Both the position numbers and the translations under genes were made by a program. Source: Microbacteriaceae bacterium (GTDB lineage: Bacteria > Actinomycetota > Actinomycetes > Actinomycetales > Microbacteriaceae). Taken from it: a DNA stretch of 64,000 nt. Of the stretch, positions 31,910-41,321 are shown piece after piece. The stretch lies in contig JBQDFB010000003.1 of the NCBI GenBank assembly GCA_052085045.1, forward strand, positions 10,391 to 74,390, given 5' to 3'. The notes under the pieces were generated by a model, which did not search any database, was not told where the DNA came from, and was given only the letters and a program-made list of their open reading frames with translations. Numbering within the stretch: the first letter of the stretch is position 1; the number at the start of each line of letters is the position of its first letter.

Positions 31910-32464
31910 TCAGTCGGCCTGCAGTGAGCCCTGCAGGTCGAGGGTGATCGTGACGTCCTTGCCGACGAGCACGCCACCGGTCTCGAGCGCGGCGTTCCAC
32001 GTCAGGCCGAAGTCTTCGCGGTTGATCGTCGTCGAAGCCGAGGCGCCGGCCTTGTAGTTGCCGTACGGGTCCTGCCCGAAGCCGCCGAACTCGAGCTCGA
32101 AGCTCACCGGCTTCGTGACGCCGCGGATCGTCAGGTCGCCATCGACGAAGAAGTCGCCGTTCTCGGCGCGTGCGCCGGTGGAGACGAAGTCCATCGTCGG
32201 GAAGTTCTCGGTGTCGAAGAAGTCGGCCGAGCGCAGGTGGCCGTCGCGTCCCTCATCGTTGGTGTCGACCGAGGTGACGTCGACGGAGGCCTCGACCTTC
32301 GCATCGAGCGGGTTCTCGGGGGCGACCAGCGTCGCGCTCTTCATACCGAAAGTGCCGCGCACCTTCGAGATCATCATGTGGCGGACGCTGAAGGTGACCT
32401 CGCTGTGGGAGGGGTCGAGGGTCCAGGTGCCCGAACGGTAGCCGGGGATGTCGATCGTGGTCAT
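31910..32464 (-). CDS. YceI family lipid/polyisoprenoid-binding protein
   Basis: WTLDPSHSEVTFSVRHMMISKVRG, RDGHLRSADFF, INREDFGLTWN. Confidence 0.93.
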   Translation of the reverse strand: MTTIDIPGYRSGTWTLDPSHSEVTFSVRHMMISKVRGTFGMKSATLVAPENPLDAKVEASVDVTSVDTNDEGRDGHLRSADFFDTENFPTMDFVSTGARAENGDFFVDGDLTIRGVTKPVSFELEFGGFGQDPYGNYKAGASASTTINREDFGLTWNAALETGGVLVGKDVTITLDLQGSLQAD

Positions 32465-32557
32465 GCGGTGCTCTCCTTGAGATCAGGCCGCGTTCGCGGC
32501 GTACACCCGAACGTAACTCATATGCACGCGCATGTATTCCGAAGTATCCGGAAAAAG

Positions 32558-32596
32558 ACGAAGGCCCCCGCTCGCAGCGCGAACAGGGGTCTTCGT
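32558..32596 (-). terminator. Intrinsic terminator after the FKBP gene
   Basis: ACGAAG.CCCC...GGGG.CTTCGT stem followed on the minus strand by a T-tract. Confidence 0.7.
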
Positions 32597-32610
32597 ACCG
32601 CAGCGCCGGA

Positions 32611-32979
32611 TCAGCCGACGGCCACCAGGTCGATGATGAAGATGAGAGTCTTGCCGGAGAGGAAGTGCCCCGCGCCAGCCGGACCGTATGCCAGCTGCGG
32701 CGGAACGATGAGTTCGCGGCGACCGCCGACCTTCATACCGGGGATGCCCTCCTGCCAGCCCTGGATCAGGCCGCGCAGCGGGAACTGGATGGTCTCACCG
32801 CGACCCCACGACGAATCGAACTCCTCGCCGGAGTCGTACTCGACGCCCGCGTAGTGGACGGTGACGGTGTCGCCGGGACCTGCCTCGGCGCCGTCGCCGT
32901 CGATGAGGTCACGGATGGCGAGTTCTGCGGGAGCAGGACCGGTGGGGGCGTCGAACTCAGGCTTTGTGCGATCAGTCAT
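32611..32979 (-). CDS. FKBP-type peptidyl-prolyl isomerase
   Basis: VHYAG, FDSSWGRG, IQGWQEG, VPPQLAYG, TLIFIIDL. Confidence 0.95.
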   Translation of the reverse strand: MTDRTKPEFDAPTGPAPAELAIRDLIDGDGAEAGPGDTVTVHYAGVEYDSGEEFDSSWGRGETIQFPLRGLIQGWQEGIPGMKVGGRRELIVPPQLAYGPAGAGHFLSGKTLIFIIDLVAVG

Positions 32980-33039
32980 GCCTCCATACAACCCGAGCGC
33001 CCGGCGTCGGTCAACGCGCTGATGCCCGCTGACAGCGAA

Positions 33040-33221
33040 CAGAGGTCTTGACTTCCTCTGACCCCGGGTGCACCCTGGTGTCAGATCAACTCAGCGCCCG
33101 GGAGACTCGCAGGCATCGCCGCAGCACCGGGCGCTGAGTCTTGCTGCGGAGCGACTCTCGTCGGCGAAGCCGACCTGAGTCGCTCGCGCCGCAAGATTGA
33201 GCGAGCGCAGCGAGTCGAAAC
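33040..33221. repeat. Cluster of nested hairpins / REP-like palindromic element
   Basis: 13-bp perfect stem 33089-33101/33127-33139; compound stem 33139-33196 with GCGAAGC core; TTGAGCGAGCGCAGCGAGTCGAAA motif. Confidence 0.6.
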
Positions 33222-33243
33222 CTCCCAGATGCCGCCCGTGACG

Positions 33244-34491
33244 CTAATACGCCAGCAGCGCAGCCCTGGTCGCGCCCGTGCGGGTGAGCAGGGCGCGCTC
33301 GTCATCGGCAGCGAGCGGATCGCGTCCGGTGATCGCCCGCTGGCGGACGCCCGCCAGTGCGGTGGCATCACGGATGAACTGCTTCATCAGCGACCTGCGG
33401 TCGCCGCGCAGCGTCGCAGCCCACCGCATCCCGACCTTCCGTCCCGCCGGTGTCGCGAGCATCGTCACCTCCTCCGGGGTGAACCATCCAGCCGTGGCGT
33501 ACTCCCCCAGGCGCTCTCTGGTCACTCGCGCCTCTTCGCGGCGCAGCGCCACGATCGCCAGGATGAACCCGATGAACAGCGGAACCTGCAGCGTGATGTA
33601 CAGCGCGAGGAAGTCGGCGAACATCGCCGAGCCGTTCCAGAAGCCGTGCAGCAGCATAGCTCCGATGACACCGATGCCGCCCGCTCCGAGCACCGCGCTG
33701 CGGGACGCATGACGGCGGGCAGCCAGTCCCATCGCGAACCCGGTCAGGGCCGCGAACATCGCATGCGCGAACGGTGAGAGCAGCCCCCGCATGACGAAGG
33801 TCGCCGTCAGCTGCGAACCGCCGCCCTCGATCAGGCTGATGGCGAAGTACTGGATGTTCTCGGTGAAGGCGAACCCTCCGCCGACCAGCGCCCCATAGAC
33901 GATTCCGTCGATGGGACCGTCGAAGGCGCGTCTGCCGATCAGGAAGATGATGAAGATGCCCAGCCCCTTGGCGAGCTCCTCGATGATCGGGGCCTGGATC
34001 ACCGTACTGAGCACCTCGGTGGGCATACCGAGCATCATCGTGATGCCCAGGTCGACGAGGAGCGTGATCCCGATCGCCGCGATCGCTCCCCACGCGATCG
34101 CGAAAGCGATCAACGGCTTCGGCTCCGGTTCCCAGCGGTCGATGATGTAGACGCCGAAGAAGACGATCGCGAGCGGGACGAGCGCGATCACGAGTCCGAT
34201 ACCGGATGCCACGGCGCCCAGTGCCCACACGAAGTAGCCGATCAGGACGACCAGCACGAACCCCAGGATGCCGAACAGCCAGATCGAGACCGTGCGCCCC
34301 TTCTTGGCGGGAACCGGCAGCGCAGGCAGCGCAGGACCGGGGTCGGCCACCACGGGTGCCGGAGGCGTGTACGCCGTCGGCTGCGCGAGCGCGGACGCGT
34401 AGACCTGCCGCGCTCCGTGGTACTGACCGGGCTGGGGCGGACGATACTGCGGCTGGCTGTCCTGGGGGGCAGCGGGTCCTCCGAAAGTCAT
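33244..34491 (-). CDS. PrsW family intramembrane metalloprotease
   Basis: DRWEPEP, APIIEELAK, GFAFTENIQY, PFAHAMF, LHGFWN. Confidence 0.93.
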   Translation of the reverse strand: MTFGGPAAPQDSQPQYRPPQPGQYHGARQVYASALAQPTAYTPPAPVVADPGPALPALPVPAKKGRTVSIWLFGILGFVLVVLIGYFVWALGAVASGIGLVIALVPLAIVFFGVYIIDRWEPEPKPLIAFAIAWGAIAAIGITLLVDLGITMMLGMPTEVLSTVIQAPIIEELAKGLGIFIIFLIGRRAFDGPIDGIVYGALVGGGFAFTENIQYFAISLIEGGGSQLTATFVMRGLLSPFAHAMFAALTGFAMGLAARRHASRSAVLGAGGIGVIGAMLLHGFWNGSAMFADFLALYITLQVPLFIGFILAIVALRREEARVTRERLGEYATAGWFTPEEVTMLATPAGRKVGMRWAATLRGDRRSLMKQFIRDATALAGVRQRAITGRDPLAADDERALLTRTGATRAALLAY

Positions 34492-34550
34492 AGCCAAAGC
34501 CTAGAGGCATCGATACGACGGCCGCGATCGGCGACCGGTAGCGTAGAAGC

Positions 34551-35420
34551 ATGCGTTTCGCTCATCTGCGCGGCTCGGATTCTGCCGGCATCCATCTCGC
34601 TGTCATCGAAGATTCCGCGGCTGTCCTCGTCGCCGACCTCCTGTCCCCCGCTCCGACGACGCTGCAGGAGCTCATCGAGGGCGGAGACGACGTGCTCGGC
34701 GCGCTGCGCTCGGCGCTGGCCGACGGCAGCGCCCCGCGGCATCCGCTCTCTGAATTCGGGTTCGCCTCCGCGGTGCTGAACCCTCCTATCATCCTCGCCA
34801 TCGGGCTCAACTACGCGGCCCACTCCAGCGAACTGGGTCTGAAGACCGACACTGCACCGACGGTCTTCACGCTCTGGCCGAACTCGCTCACCGGCCACGA
34901 CCAGGTGACCGCATGGCCGCGTTCGCTCAGTGAGTCCGTCGACTACGAGGCCGAGCTCGGCGTTCTCATCGGCGCCCCGGCGAAAGACGTCGCGGCCGCG
35001 AGCGCCCTCGACCATGTCTGGGGGTACACCGTCGTCAACGACATCACCGCCCGCGACATTCAGTTCGCCGAGGCGCAGTGGTCGCGCTGCAAGTCGTTCG
35101 ATGGCTTCACCCCGACCGGTCCGTTCGTTGTGACCGCAGATGAGATCGCGGACCCGCAGGACCTGCACATCTGGACCACCATCGACGGACACACCGTGCA
35201 GGACGCCAGCACCGGGCAGATGGTCCGGTCCGTCGCGACCCTCATCGCGCACCTGTCGCAGTCGACCACCCTGCAGCCCGGAACACTGATCTCGACCGGA
35301 AGCCCCGGCGGAGCCGGCTACTCGCGCGACCCGCAGATCTTCCTGCGCGACCGCTCGACGGTGACGGTCGGCGTCGACGGCATCGGCGCACTCACCACGC
35401 ACTGCCGCATCGACGGCTGA
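34551..35420 (+). CDS. Fumarylacetoacetate hydrolase family protein
   Basis: IGLNYAAH, VDYEAELG, NDITARD, KSFDGFTPTGP, STGSPGG. Confidence 0.93.
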   Translation: MRFAHLRGSDSAGIHLAVIEDSAAVLVADLLSPAPTTLQELIEGGDDVLGALRSALADGSAPRHPLSEFGFASAVLNPPIILAIGLNYAAHSSELGLKTDTAPTVFTLWPNSLTGHDQVTAWPRSLSESVDYEAELGVLIGAPAKDVAAASALDHVWGYTVVNDITARDIQFAEAQWSRCKSFDGFTPTGPFVVTADEIADPQDLHIWTTIDGHTVQDASTGQMVRSVATLIAHLSQSTTLQPGTLISTGSPGGAGYSRDPQIFLRDRSTVTVGVDGIGALTTHCRIDG

Positions 35421-35448
35421 ACGGGCAGCGCCCCGGTCGCCGTGCCGG

Positions 35449-36909
35449 TCAGATCTGGATCATGTCCTCCGGCGGGATGACATTGATCGCCGCCGTCGCG
35501 GCCTCCAGACCCGACAGCCGCGCCGGGGAGAGCTGCTTGGTGACCTCTTCGCGCGACATCAGCTCGGCCTCGACGACCAGGTCTGCGACGTTCCGATTGG
35601 TCAGCAGAGCGGTCTTCGCCAGCGCGGCCGCCGCGGCATAGCCGATGAACGGGGTCAATGCGGTGATGACGCCGACCGACGCTCCGACCATGGCACCCAG
35701 ACGATCCTCGTTCGCGGTGATGCCGTCGACGCAGTTGACGCGCAGCGTCCACATGGCCTGACGCATCCAAGTGATCGACTGGAAGATCGAGTGCGCGATG
35801 ACCGGCTCGAACGCGTTCAGCTGCAGCTGACCGGCCTCGACCGCCATCGTGACGGTCGTGTCGGCGCCGACGACCGAGAAGGCGACCTGGTTCACAACCT
35901 CGGGGATCACGGGGTTCACCTTGGCGGGCATGATGCTCGACCCTGCCTGCTTCGCCGGAAGATTGATCTCCCCGAAACCGGCCTGCGGGCCCGACGACAG
36001 CAGCCGCAGGTCGTTGCAGACCTTCGAGAGCTTGATCGCGTTGCGCTTGAGAGTCGAGGAGAACGACATGAATGCGCCGGTGTCGCTGGTCGACTCGACG
36101 AGGTCGGACGCGGTCTCGAGCTCGAGGCCGCTGATCTCGCGCAGGTGCTTGAGGACCGACGTCGAGTAGTCCGCGTGCGTGGTGATCCCGGTGCCGATCG
36201 CGGTGGCGCCCATGTTGATCTCGAACATCAGCTTGGCGTTCTCGGTGAGGCGCGAGTGGTCCTCGCCGAGCGTCGTCGCGAACCCGTGGAACTCCTGCCC
36301 GAGAGTCATCGGCACGGCATCCTGAAGCTGCGTGCGCCCGACCTTCAGCACGTCGTGGAACTCGACCGCCTTGGCGAGGAACGAGCGGCGCAGCAGCTCG
36401 AGCTCATCGAGCAGCGAACGCAGGTTCAGCGACAGGCCGATCTTGATCGCCGTCGGATAGACATCGTTGGTGGACTGGCTGCGGTTGGTGTGATCGATCG
36501 GCGAGAGAAACGCGTAGTCGCCCTTCTCACGCCCCGCCATCTCGAGCGCGATGTTGGTGATGACCTCATTCGCGTTCATGTTCGTCGAGGTGCCGGCACC
36601 GCCCTGGATGACACCGACCGTGAACTGGTCGTGGAACTCGCCGTCGATGACGCGCTGCGCTGCAGCATCGATCAGCTCGGCGCGCTGCTGGTCGAGGACG
36701 CCGATCTCGCGGTTCGCCCTGGCGCTGGCCTGCTTCACCATCGCGATCCCGCGGATCAGATCCGGGTACACCGAGATCGGCCGCTTCGTGATCGGGAAGT
36801 TGGCATCGGCGCGGGCGGTATGCACGCCCCAGTACGCGTCGGCGGGGATCTCCATGCTCCCGAGCGAATCGGTCTCGGTGCGGGTCGGTGCGGGCGCGTC
36901 AGATTCCAT
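35449..36909 (-). CDS. aspA: Aspartate ammonia-lyase
   Basis: QGGAGTSTNMNANE, QSTNDVYPT, GRTQLQDAVP, GSSIMPAKVNP. Confidence 0.93.
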   Translation of the reverse strand: MESDAPAPTRTETDSLGSMEIPADAYWGVHTARADANFPITKRPISVYPDLIRGIAMVKQASARANREIGVLDQQRAELIDAAAQRVIDGEFHDQFTVGVIQGGAGTSTNMNANEVITNIALEMAGREKGDYAFLSPIDHTNRSQSTNDVYPTAIKIGLSLNLRSLLDELELLRRSFLAKAVEFHDVLKVGRTQLQDAVPMTLGQEFHGFATTLGEDHSRLTENAKLMFEINMGATAIGTGITTHADYSTSVLKHLREISGLELETASDLVESTSDTGAFMSFSSTLKRNAIKLSKVCNDLRLLSSGPQAGFGEINLPAKQAGSSIMPAKVNPVIPEVVNQVAFSVVGADTTVTMAVEAGQLQLNAFEPVIAHSIFQSITWMRQAMWTLRVNCVDGITANEDRLGAMVGASVGVITALTPFIGYAAAAALAKTALLTNRNVADLVVEAELMSREEVTKQLSPARLSGLEAATAAINVIPPEDMIQI

Positions 36910-36989
36910 GTCACTTCCTCGTGGGTGGTGGCGGATGAAGTTCGGGGTGCTCCCATCCTATGCCGCGTGCACGGCGAGAGCCCGATGAA

Positions 36990-37325
36990 TCAGTGACCGA
37001 CGACGATGAGGAGGATGCCGGCGACGACCGCCAGCGCGCACAGGACGAAGCATGCGTACGCGCCGATGAGTGCGAGACGTTTCTGCCCTTCGCTGAGGGG
37101 GCTCTTCTTCGCCGCCTTGGCTGCCTGGCGCTCGGCACGCCTGACCTGCTTGTCCGTGAGGATCGTGATCGCATCGGTGAACTCCGCAGGCGTCACCACG
37201 GGAATCCGTCCTGCCCGCACGAGCAGCCGCAGCCCGGTGGCGTAGAACGTCACGATCGTCGCAGCTCCGAGCAGAGCGGCAACGAACACGCTGACGAACG
37301 CCATCCAGTCGATCTCGACGCTCAT
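36990..37325 (-). CDS. Small 2-TM protein coupled to the phosphate transporter
   Basis: ATGA overlap with pit stop; two hydrophobic helices. Confidence 0.75.
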   Translation of the reverse strand: MSVEIDWMAFVSVFVAALLGAATIVTFYATGLRLLVRAGRIPVVTPAEFTDAITILTDKQVRRAERQAAKAAKKSPLSEGQKRLALIGAYACFVLCALAVVAGILLIVVGH

Positions 37326-38794
37326 CGCCGTGCCTCTCGGTCGGCTGCCTCGTCGTCAGATGCGTCCCATTCGGCGAGGTCTGCGCGCGCACGACGGCTG
37401 GCGCTCAGCGACTCCCACTCCTGCGCGGCGCTCTGCGCTTCGGCGAGCTTTCGATGGGCGCGATCTGCCGCCTTGCGCGCCGCCTTGATCGCGGCGTCGG
37501 AGCCGCCGTTCTTCTTCAGCTTGCGCGCGCGCCGGGCGGCCTTCTCAGCATCCGCGGCCTTGCGCTCGGCGCGATCGAGCGCGCGGACGAGTTCCAGGCG
37601 CGTCTGCCGGCGCGTGGGCGGGGGGACATCGGGATGCTCGACGGCGCGGCCGGATTCAGCGACACCGCTCATCGCGTTCTCCGAGGTGACCGCGTTCCGC
37701 CGCGACCGCAGGAACAGGCCGACGATGATCACCACGGCGAGGACCGCGTCGATCGCCACACCCCAGTTGCCCAGCCACACCACCAGCAGTGCGGCCAGCG
37801 CCCCCACGGTCGCGGCCGCCGGGAGCGTCAGCAGCCAACCGATGGCGATGCGCCCGGCTGTGCGCCAGCGCACCGTCGAGCCGCGACGGCCCAGGCCAGA
37901 GCCGATCACCGAACCGGACGCCACCTGCGTCGTCGACAGCGCGAACCCGAGGGCGCTGGAGGCGAGGATCGTGGCCGCTGTCGAACTCTCGGCCGAGAAT
38001 CCCTGTGCGGGCTTGACCTCGGTGAGCCCCTTGCCGAGCGTGCGGATGATCCGCCATCCGCCCAGGTACGTGCCCAGGGCGATCGTGAACGCGCAGGCGA
38101 CGATCACCCAGAGATACGGATCGGCGTGATCCTGGCTCTGCCAGCCGATCGTGATCAGAGCGAGGGTGATCACGCCCATGGTCTTCTGCGCGTCGTTGGT
38201 GCCGTGCGCGAGGGCGACGAGGGATGACGTGAAGATCTGCCCCCACCGGAAGCCGTCGCGTCCATCGGGCCTGCCGTCGTACCGCCGCGTGATCGAGTAG
38301 GCGAGCTTCGTCGCGACGTACGCGATGATCCCGGCCGTGAGCGGGGCGATGAGGGCGGGCAGCACGATCTTCGACAGCACCATGCCGAAGTCGATCCCGC
38401 CGAGTCCGACCCCCACGAGCGTCGCGCCGATGAGCCCGCCGAACAGTGCGTGCGAGGAGCTGGAGGGCAGACCCAACAGCCAGGTCAGCATGTTCCAGGT
38501 GATCGCGCCGATGAGCCCGGCGAAGATCACGGCGAGGAAGAGCTCGGCCCCGGCCTCGAGGATCGATCCCTCGTTGATGATGCCGTGCGAGACCGTCTTC
38601 GACACCTCGGTCGAGAGGAAGGCGCCGACGAGATTGAGCACCGCAGCCAGCAGCACCGCGGTCTTCGGCTTGAGCGCCCCCGTAGCGATCGGCGTGGCCA
38701 TCGCGTTAGCGGTGTCGTGAAAGCCGTTCGTGAAGTCGAAGAAGAGGGCCAGTGCGATGACCAGCACGACGATGAGGGCTGCGGTCTCCACCAT
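37322..38794 (-). CDS. Inorganic phosphate transporter (PiT family)
   Basis: NGFHDTANA, PSSSSHAL, HGTNDAQK, GGWRII, STTQV. Confidence 0.95.
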   Translation of the reverse strand: MVETAALIVVLVIALALFFDFTNGFHDTANAMATPIATGALKPKTAVLLAAVLNLVGAFLSTEVSKTVSHGIINEGSILEAGAELFLAVIFAGLIGAITWNMLTWLLGLPSSSSHALFGGLIGATLVGVGLGGIDFGMVLSKIVLPALIAPLTAGIIAYVATKLAYSITRRYDGRPDGRDGFRWGQIFTSSLVALAHGTNDAQKTMGVITLALITIGWQSQDHADPYLWVIVACAFTIALGTYLGGWRIIRTLGKGLTEVKPAQGFSAESSTAATILASSALGFALSTTQVASGSVIGSGLGRRGSTVRWRTAGRIAIGWLLTLPAAATVGALAALLVVWLGNWGVAIDAVLAVVIIVGLFLRSRRNAVTSENAMSGVAESGRAVEHPDVPPPTRRQTRLELVRALDRAERKAADAEKAARRARKLKKNGGSDAAIKAARKAADRAHRKLAEAQSAAQEWESLSASRRARADLAEWDASDDEAADREARR

Positions 38795-38842
38795 TCGCTT
38801 TCAGATCGAGGAATCTGGAATGTGTGCCGACGTGATCGGCGT

Positions 38843-38887
38843 GGTGAACGAAGAGTTCACCGCGGGTTTGCTGTCCGTTAACCGGCC
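38843..38887 (+). promoter_or_regulatory. PHO-box-like 11-nt direct repeats upstream of pit
   Basis: GTTCACCGCGG-GTTTGCTGTCC-GTTAACCGGCC (38855-38887), overlapping palindrome GGTGAAC-N5-GTTCACC. Confidence 0.6.
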
Positions 38888-38947
38888 CCGATAAATCCTC
38901 GCACCGGGCACACCTTCGGTCAACTCGACACGGGATAGCGTGGAACG

Positions 38948-41041
38948 GTGACCAACGCACCCATCGCCGCCCGCCGCTCACACGTCCGCACGCACCACGG
39001 AGACGTCTTCGACGACCCATACGAGTGGCTGCGCGAGAAGGAATCGCCCGACGTCGTCGCGCATCTCGAGGCGGAGAACGCGCACGCCGACGAGGCGACA
39101 GCACACCTCGAGGGTCTGCGCGAACAGCTGTTCCAGGAGATCAAGGGCCGCGTGCAGGAGACCGACCTCTCGGTGCCGTCGCGGCGGGGCGACTGGTGGT
39201 ACTACAGCCGGAGCGAAGAGGGTGCGCAGTACGGCATCCACTGCCGGGCCGCAGCCGCGCCCGGCGACTGGACTCCCCCGACGCTCACACCGGGCATTCC
39301 GGTGCCCGGCGAGGAGATCCTGCTGGACGGCAACGCCGAAGCCGAGGGTCACGAGTTCTTCTCCCTCGGCGCGTTCGATGTGTCCAATGACGCCACGAAG
39401 CTGCTCTGGGCGCCGGACTACGAAGGTGACGAGCTCTACACGATCCGTGTGCGCGATCTGGTGACGGGTGAGACCCTCGCCGAGGAGATCCCGCAGACGG
39501 GGGGAGGATTCTTCACCCCTGATGGCGCGGCGATCGTCTACACGACCCGCGATGAGGCCTGGCGTCCCGACACCCTGTGGCTGCACCGGCTCGGCACGGA
39601 GGTCGCCGACGATGTGAAGCTGTTCCATGAGCCCGATGAGCGGTTCTGGCTGGGCGCTGGCCTCACCCGCAGCCGCCGATACCTCGTGATCGGCGTCGGT
39701 TCGAGCATCACCACCGAGGAGTACCTCGTCGACCTGCGCCGTGAGATCACCGCTGAGCCGCAACTGATCTGGCCGCGGGTCGAGGGCGTCGAGTACGAGA
39801 TCGACCACGCCGTCGTCGAGGGCGAGGACCGCCTGCTGATCCTGCACAATCAGGATGCTCTCGATTTCGAGCTCGTCTCTGTCGCAGCATCCGACCCTCA
39901 GGGCGAGCGGCACGTGATCATGCCGCACGAGGCCGGGCGGCGGATTCTGGGCGTGGACTGCTTCCGCGATTTCGCCGTCGTCGGGTATCGCAGCGAAGGA
40001 CTGGAGCGGATCGGACTGCTCGACTACTCCTCGGATGCCGTCGAGGAGCTCACCTTCGACGAGCCGCTGTTCTCGGCGGGACCGGCCGGCAACCCCGAGT
40101 GGCACGCGCCGTTCCTGCGCCTGTCGTACACCTCGTTCGTGACGCCGGCGACCGTCTACGACCTCGATCTTGCGACCCGCGAGCTCGTGCTGCGCAAGCA
40201 GCAACCGGTGCTCGGCGGGTACGAGGCATCCGAATACGCGCAGGAGCGCCGGTGGGCCGAAGCATCCGACGGCACCGCCGTGCCGATCTCGCTGGTGTGG
40301 AAGAAGTCGTTCGGTGCGCCGGGCGGAGACGCGCGCCCCCTGCATCTGTACGGGTACGGCTCGTACGAGCACTCCATCGACCCCGGGTTCTCGGTCGCGC
40401 GGCTGTCCGAGCTCGACCGCGGCGTCGTCTTCGCGGTCGCGCACGTTCGCGGTGGCGGCGAGATGGGCCGGAGCTGGTACGAGGACGGCAAGCTGCGCAA
40501 TAAGCGCAACAGCTTCACGGACTTCGTCGCGTGCGCCGAGCATCTCATCGACACCGGCGTGACCTCACCCGAGCGGATGGTCGCCGAAGGCGGCAGCGCG
40601 GGCGGGCTGCTGATGGGTGCAGTCGCGAACCTCGCTCCGACCAGGTTCGCCGGCATCCTGGCATCCGTCCCGTTCGTCGACGCACTCACGTCGATCCTCG
40701 ACCCGTCGCTGCCGCTCACCGTCATCGAGTGGGACGAGTGGGGCAACCCGCTGCACGACCCCGAGGTCTACGAGTACATGAAGTCGTACACGCCGTACGA
40801 GAACGTGCAGCCAGGCGGCGCCTACCCGCGCATCCTCGCCATGACGTCGATCAACGACACGCGTGTGCTTTATGTGGAGCCCGCGAAGTGGGTCGCGGCG
40901 CTCCGGCACGCCGGCGCGAAGGACGTGCTGCTCAAGTGCGAGATGGCGGCTGGTCACGGCGGCGTGAGCGGACGCTACAACGCCTGGCGTGAGCGCTGCT
41001 TCGAGCTCGCCTGGATGCTGGACACCCTCGGCCTCGCCTGA
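38948..41041 (+). CDS. ptrB: Oligopeptidase B (S9A)
   Basis: DPYEWLR, YGYGSYE, HVRGGGEMG, GGSAGG, EWDEWGNP, NDTRV, GHGG. Confidence 0.95.
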   Translation: MTNAPIAARRSHVRTHHGDVFDDPYEWLREKESPDVVAHLEAENAHADEATAHLEGLREQLFQEIKGRVQETDLSVPSRRGDWWYYSRSEEGAQYGIHCRAAAAPGDWTPPTLTPGIPVPGEEILLDGNAEAEGHEFFSLGAFDVSNDATKLLWAPDYEGDELYTIRVRDLVTGETLAEEIPQTGGGFFTPDGAAIVYTTRDEAWRPDTLWLHRLGTEVADDVKLFHEPDERFWLGAGLTRSRRYLVIGVGSSITTEEYLVDLRREITAEPQLIWPRVEGVEYEIDHAVVEGEDRLLILHNQDALDFELVSVAASDPQGERHVIMPHEAGRRILGVDCFRDFAVVGYRSEGLERIGLLDYSSDAVEELTFDEPLFSAGPAGNPEWHAPFLRLSYTSFVTPATVYDLDLATRELVLRKQQPVLGGYEASEYAQERRWAEASDGTAVPISLVWKKSFGAPGGDARPLHLYGYGSYEHSIDPGFSVARLSELDRGVVFAVAHVRGGGEMGRSWYEDGKLRNKRNSFTDFVACAEHLIDTGVTSPERMVAEGGSAGGLLMGAVANLAPTRFAGILASVPFVDALTSILDPSLPLTVIEWDEWGNPLHDPEVYEYMKSYTPYENVQPGGAYPRILAMTSINDTRVLYVEPAKWVAALRHAGAKDVLLKCEMAAGHGGVSGRYNAWRERCFELAWMLDTLGLA

Positions 41042-41108
41042 GCGGCGCGGGCCGGGCTGCCCGGGTCGTCGCCCCGGTCGCCCCGCCCCATCGGCCCGGG
41101 CGCACGGT

Positions 41109-41225
41109 GCATGTCTGGGTTGTTGCGGGTCAACGACGCCGGGACTCGCCGTTTCCCTGACACCCCCTGTGGGATGTCTGGGTTGTGGCCGGTATTCCGA
41201 CCGTGCACCCGCAGCTTCCCAGACA
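41109..41225. repeat. Left array: two 63-bp-period palindromic units
   Basis: Arms at 41112-41130/41144-41162 and 41175-41193/41207-41225, consensus TGTCnGGG-N4-nGCGGGT, 13-nt loops, 12-nt linker. Confidence 0.85.
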
Positions 41226-41321
41226 GGCACTCGCTCTGCACAACACAGCGACGGCGCCAGTTGTCCACATCTCGCGGATCTGAGGGCTCCGGGCGGCCGT
41301 TGATCAGGCTTTGATAGCCGG

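Noticed and set aside
33081-33371. 96-aa minus-strand ORF across the structured element
   Set aside because: Overlaps prsW out of frame, has no motif, and is better explained as noncoding palindromic DNA
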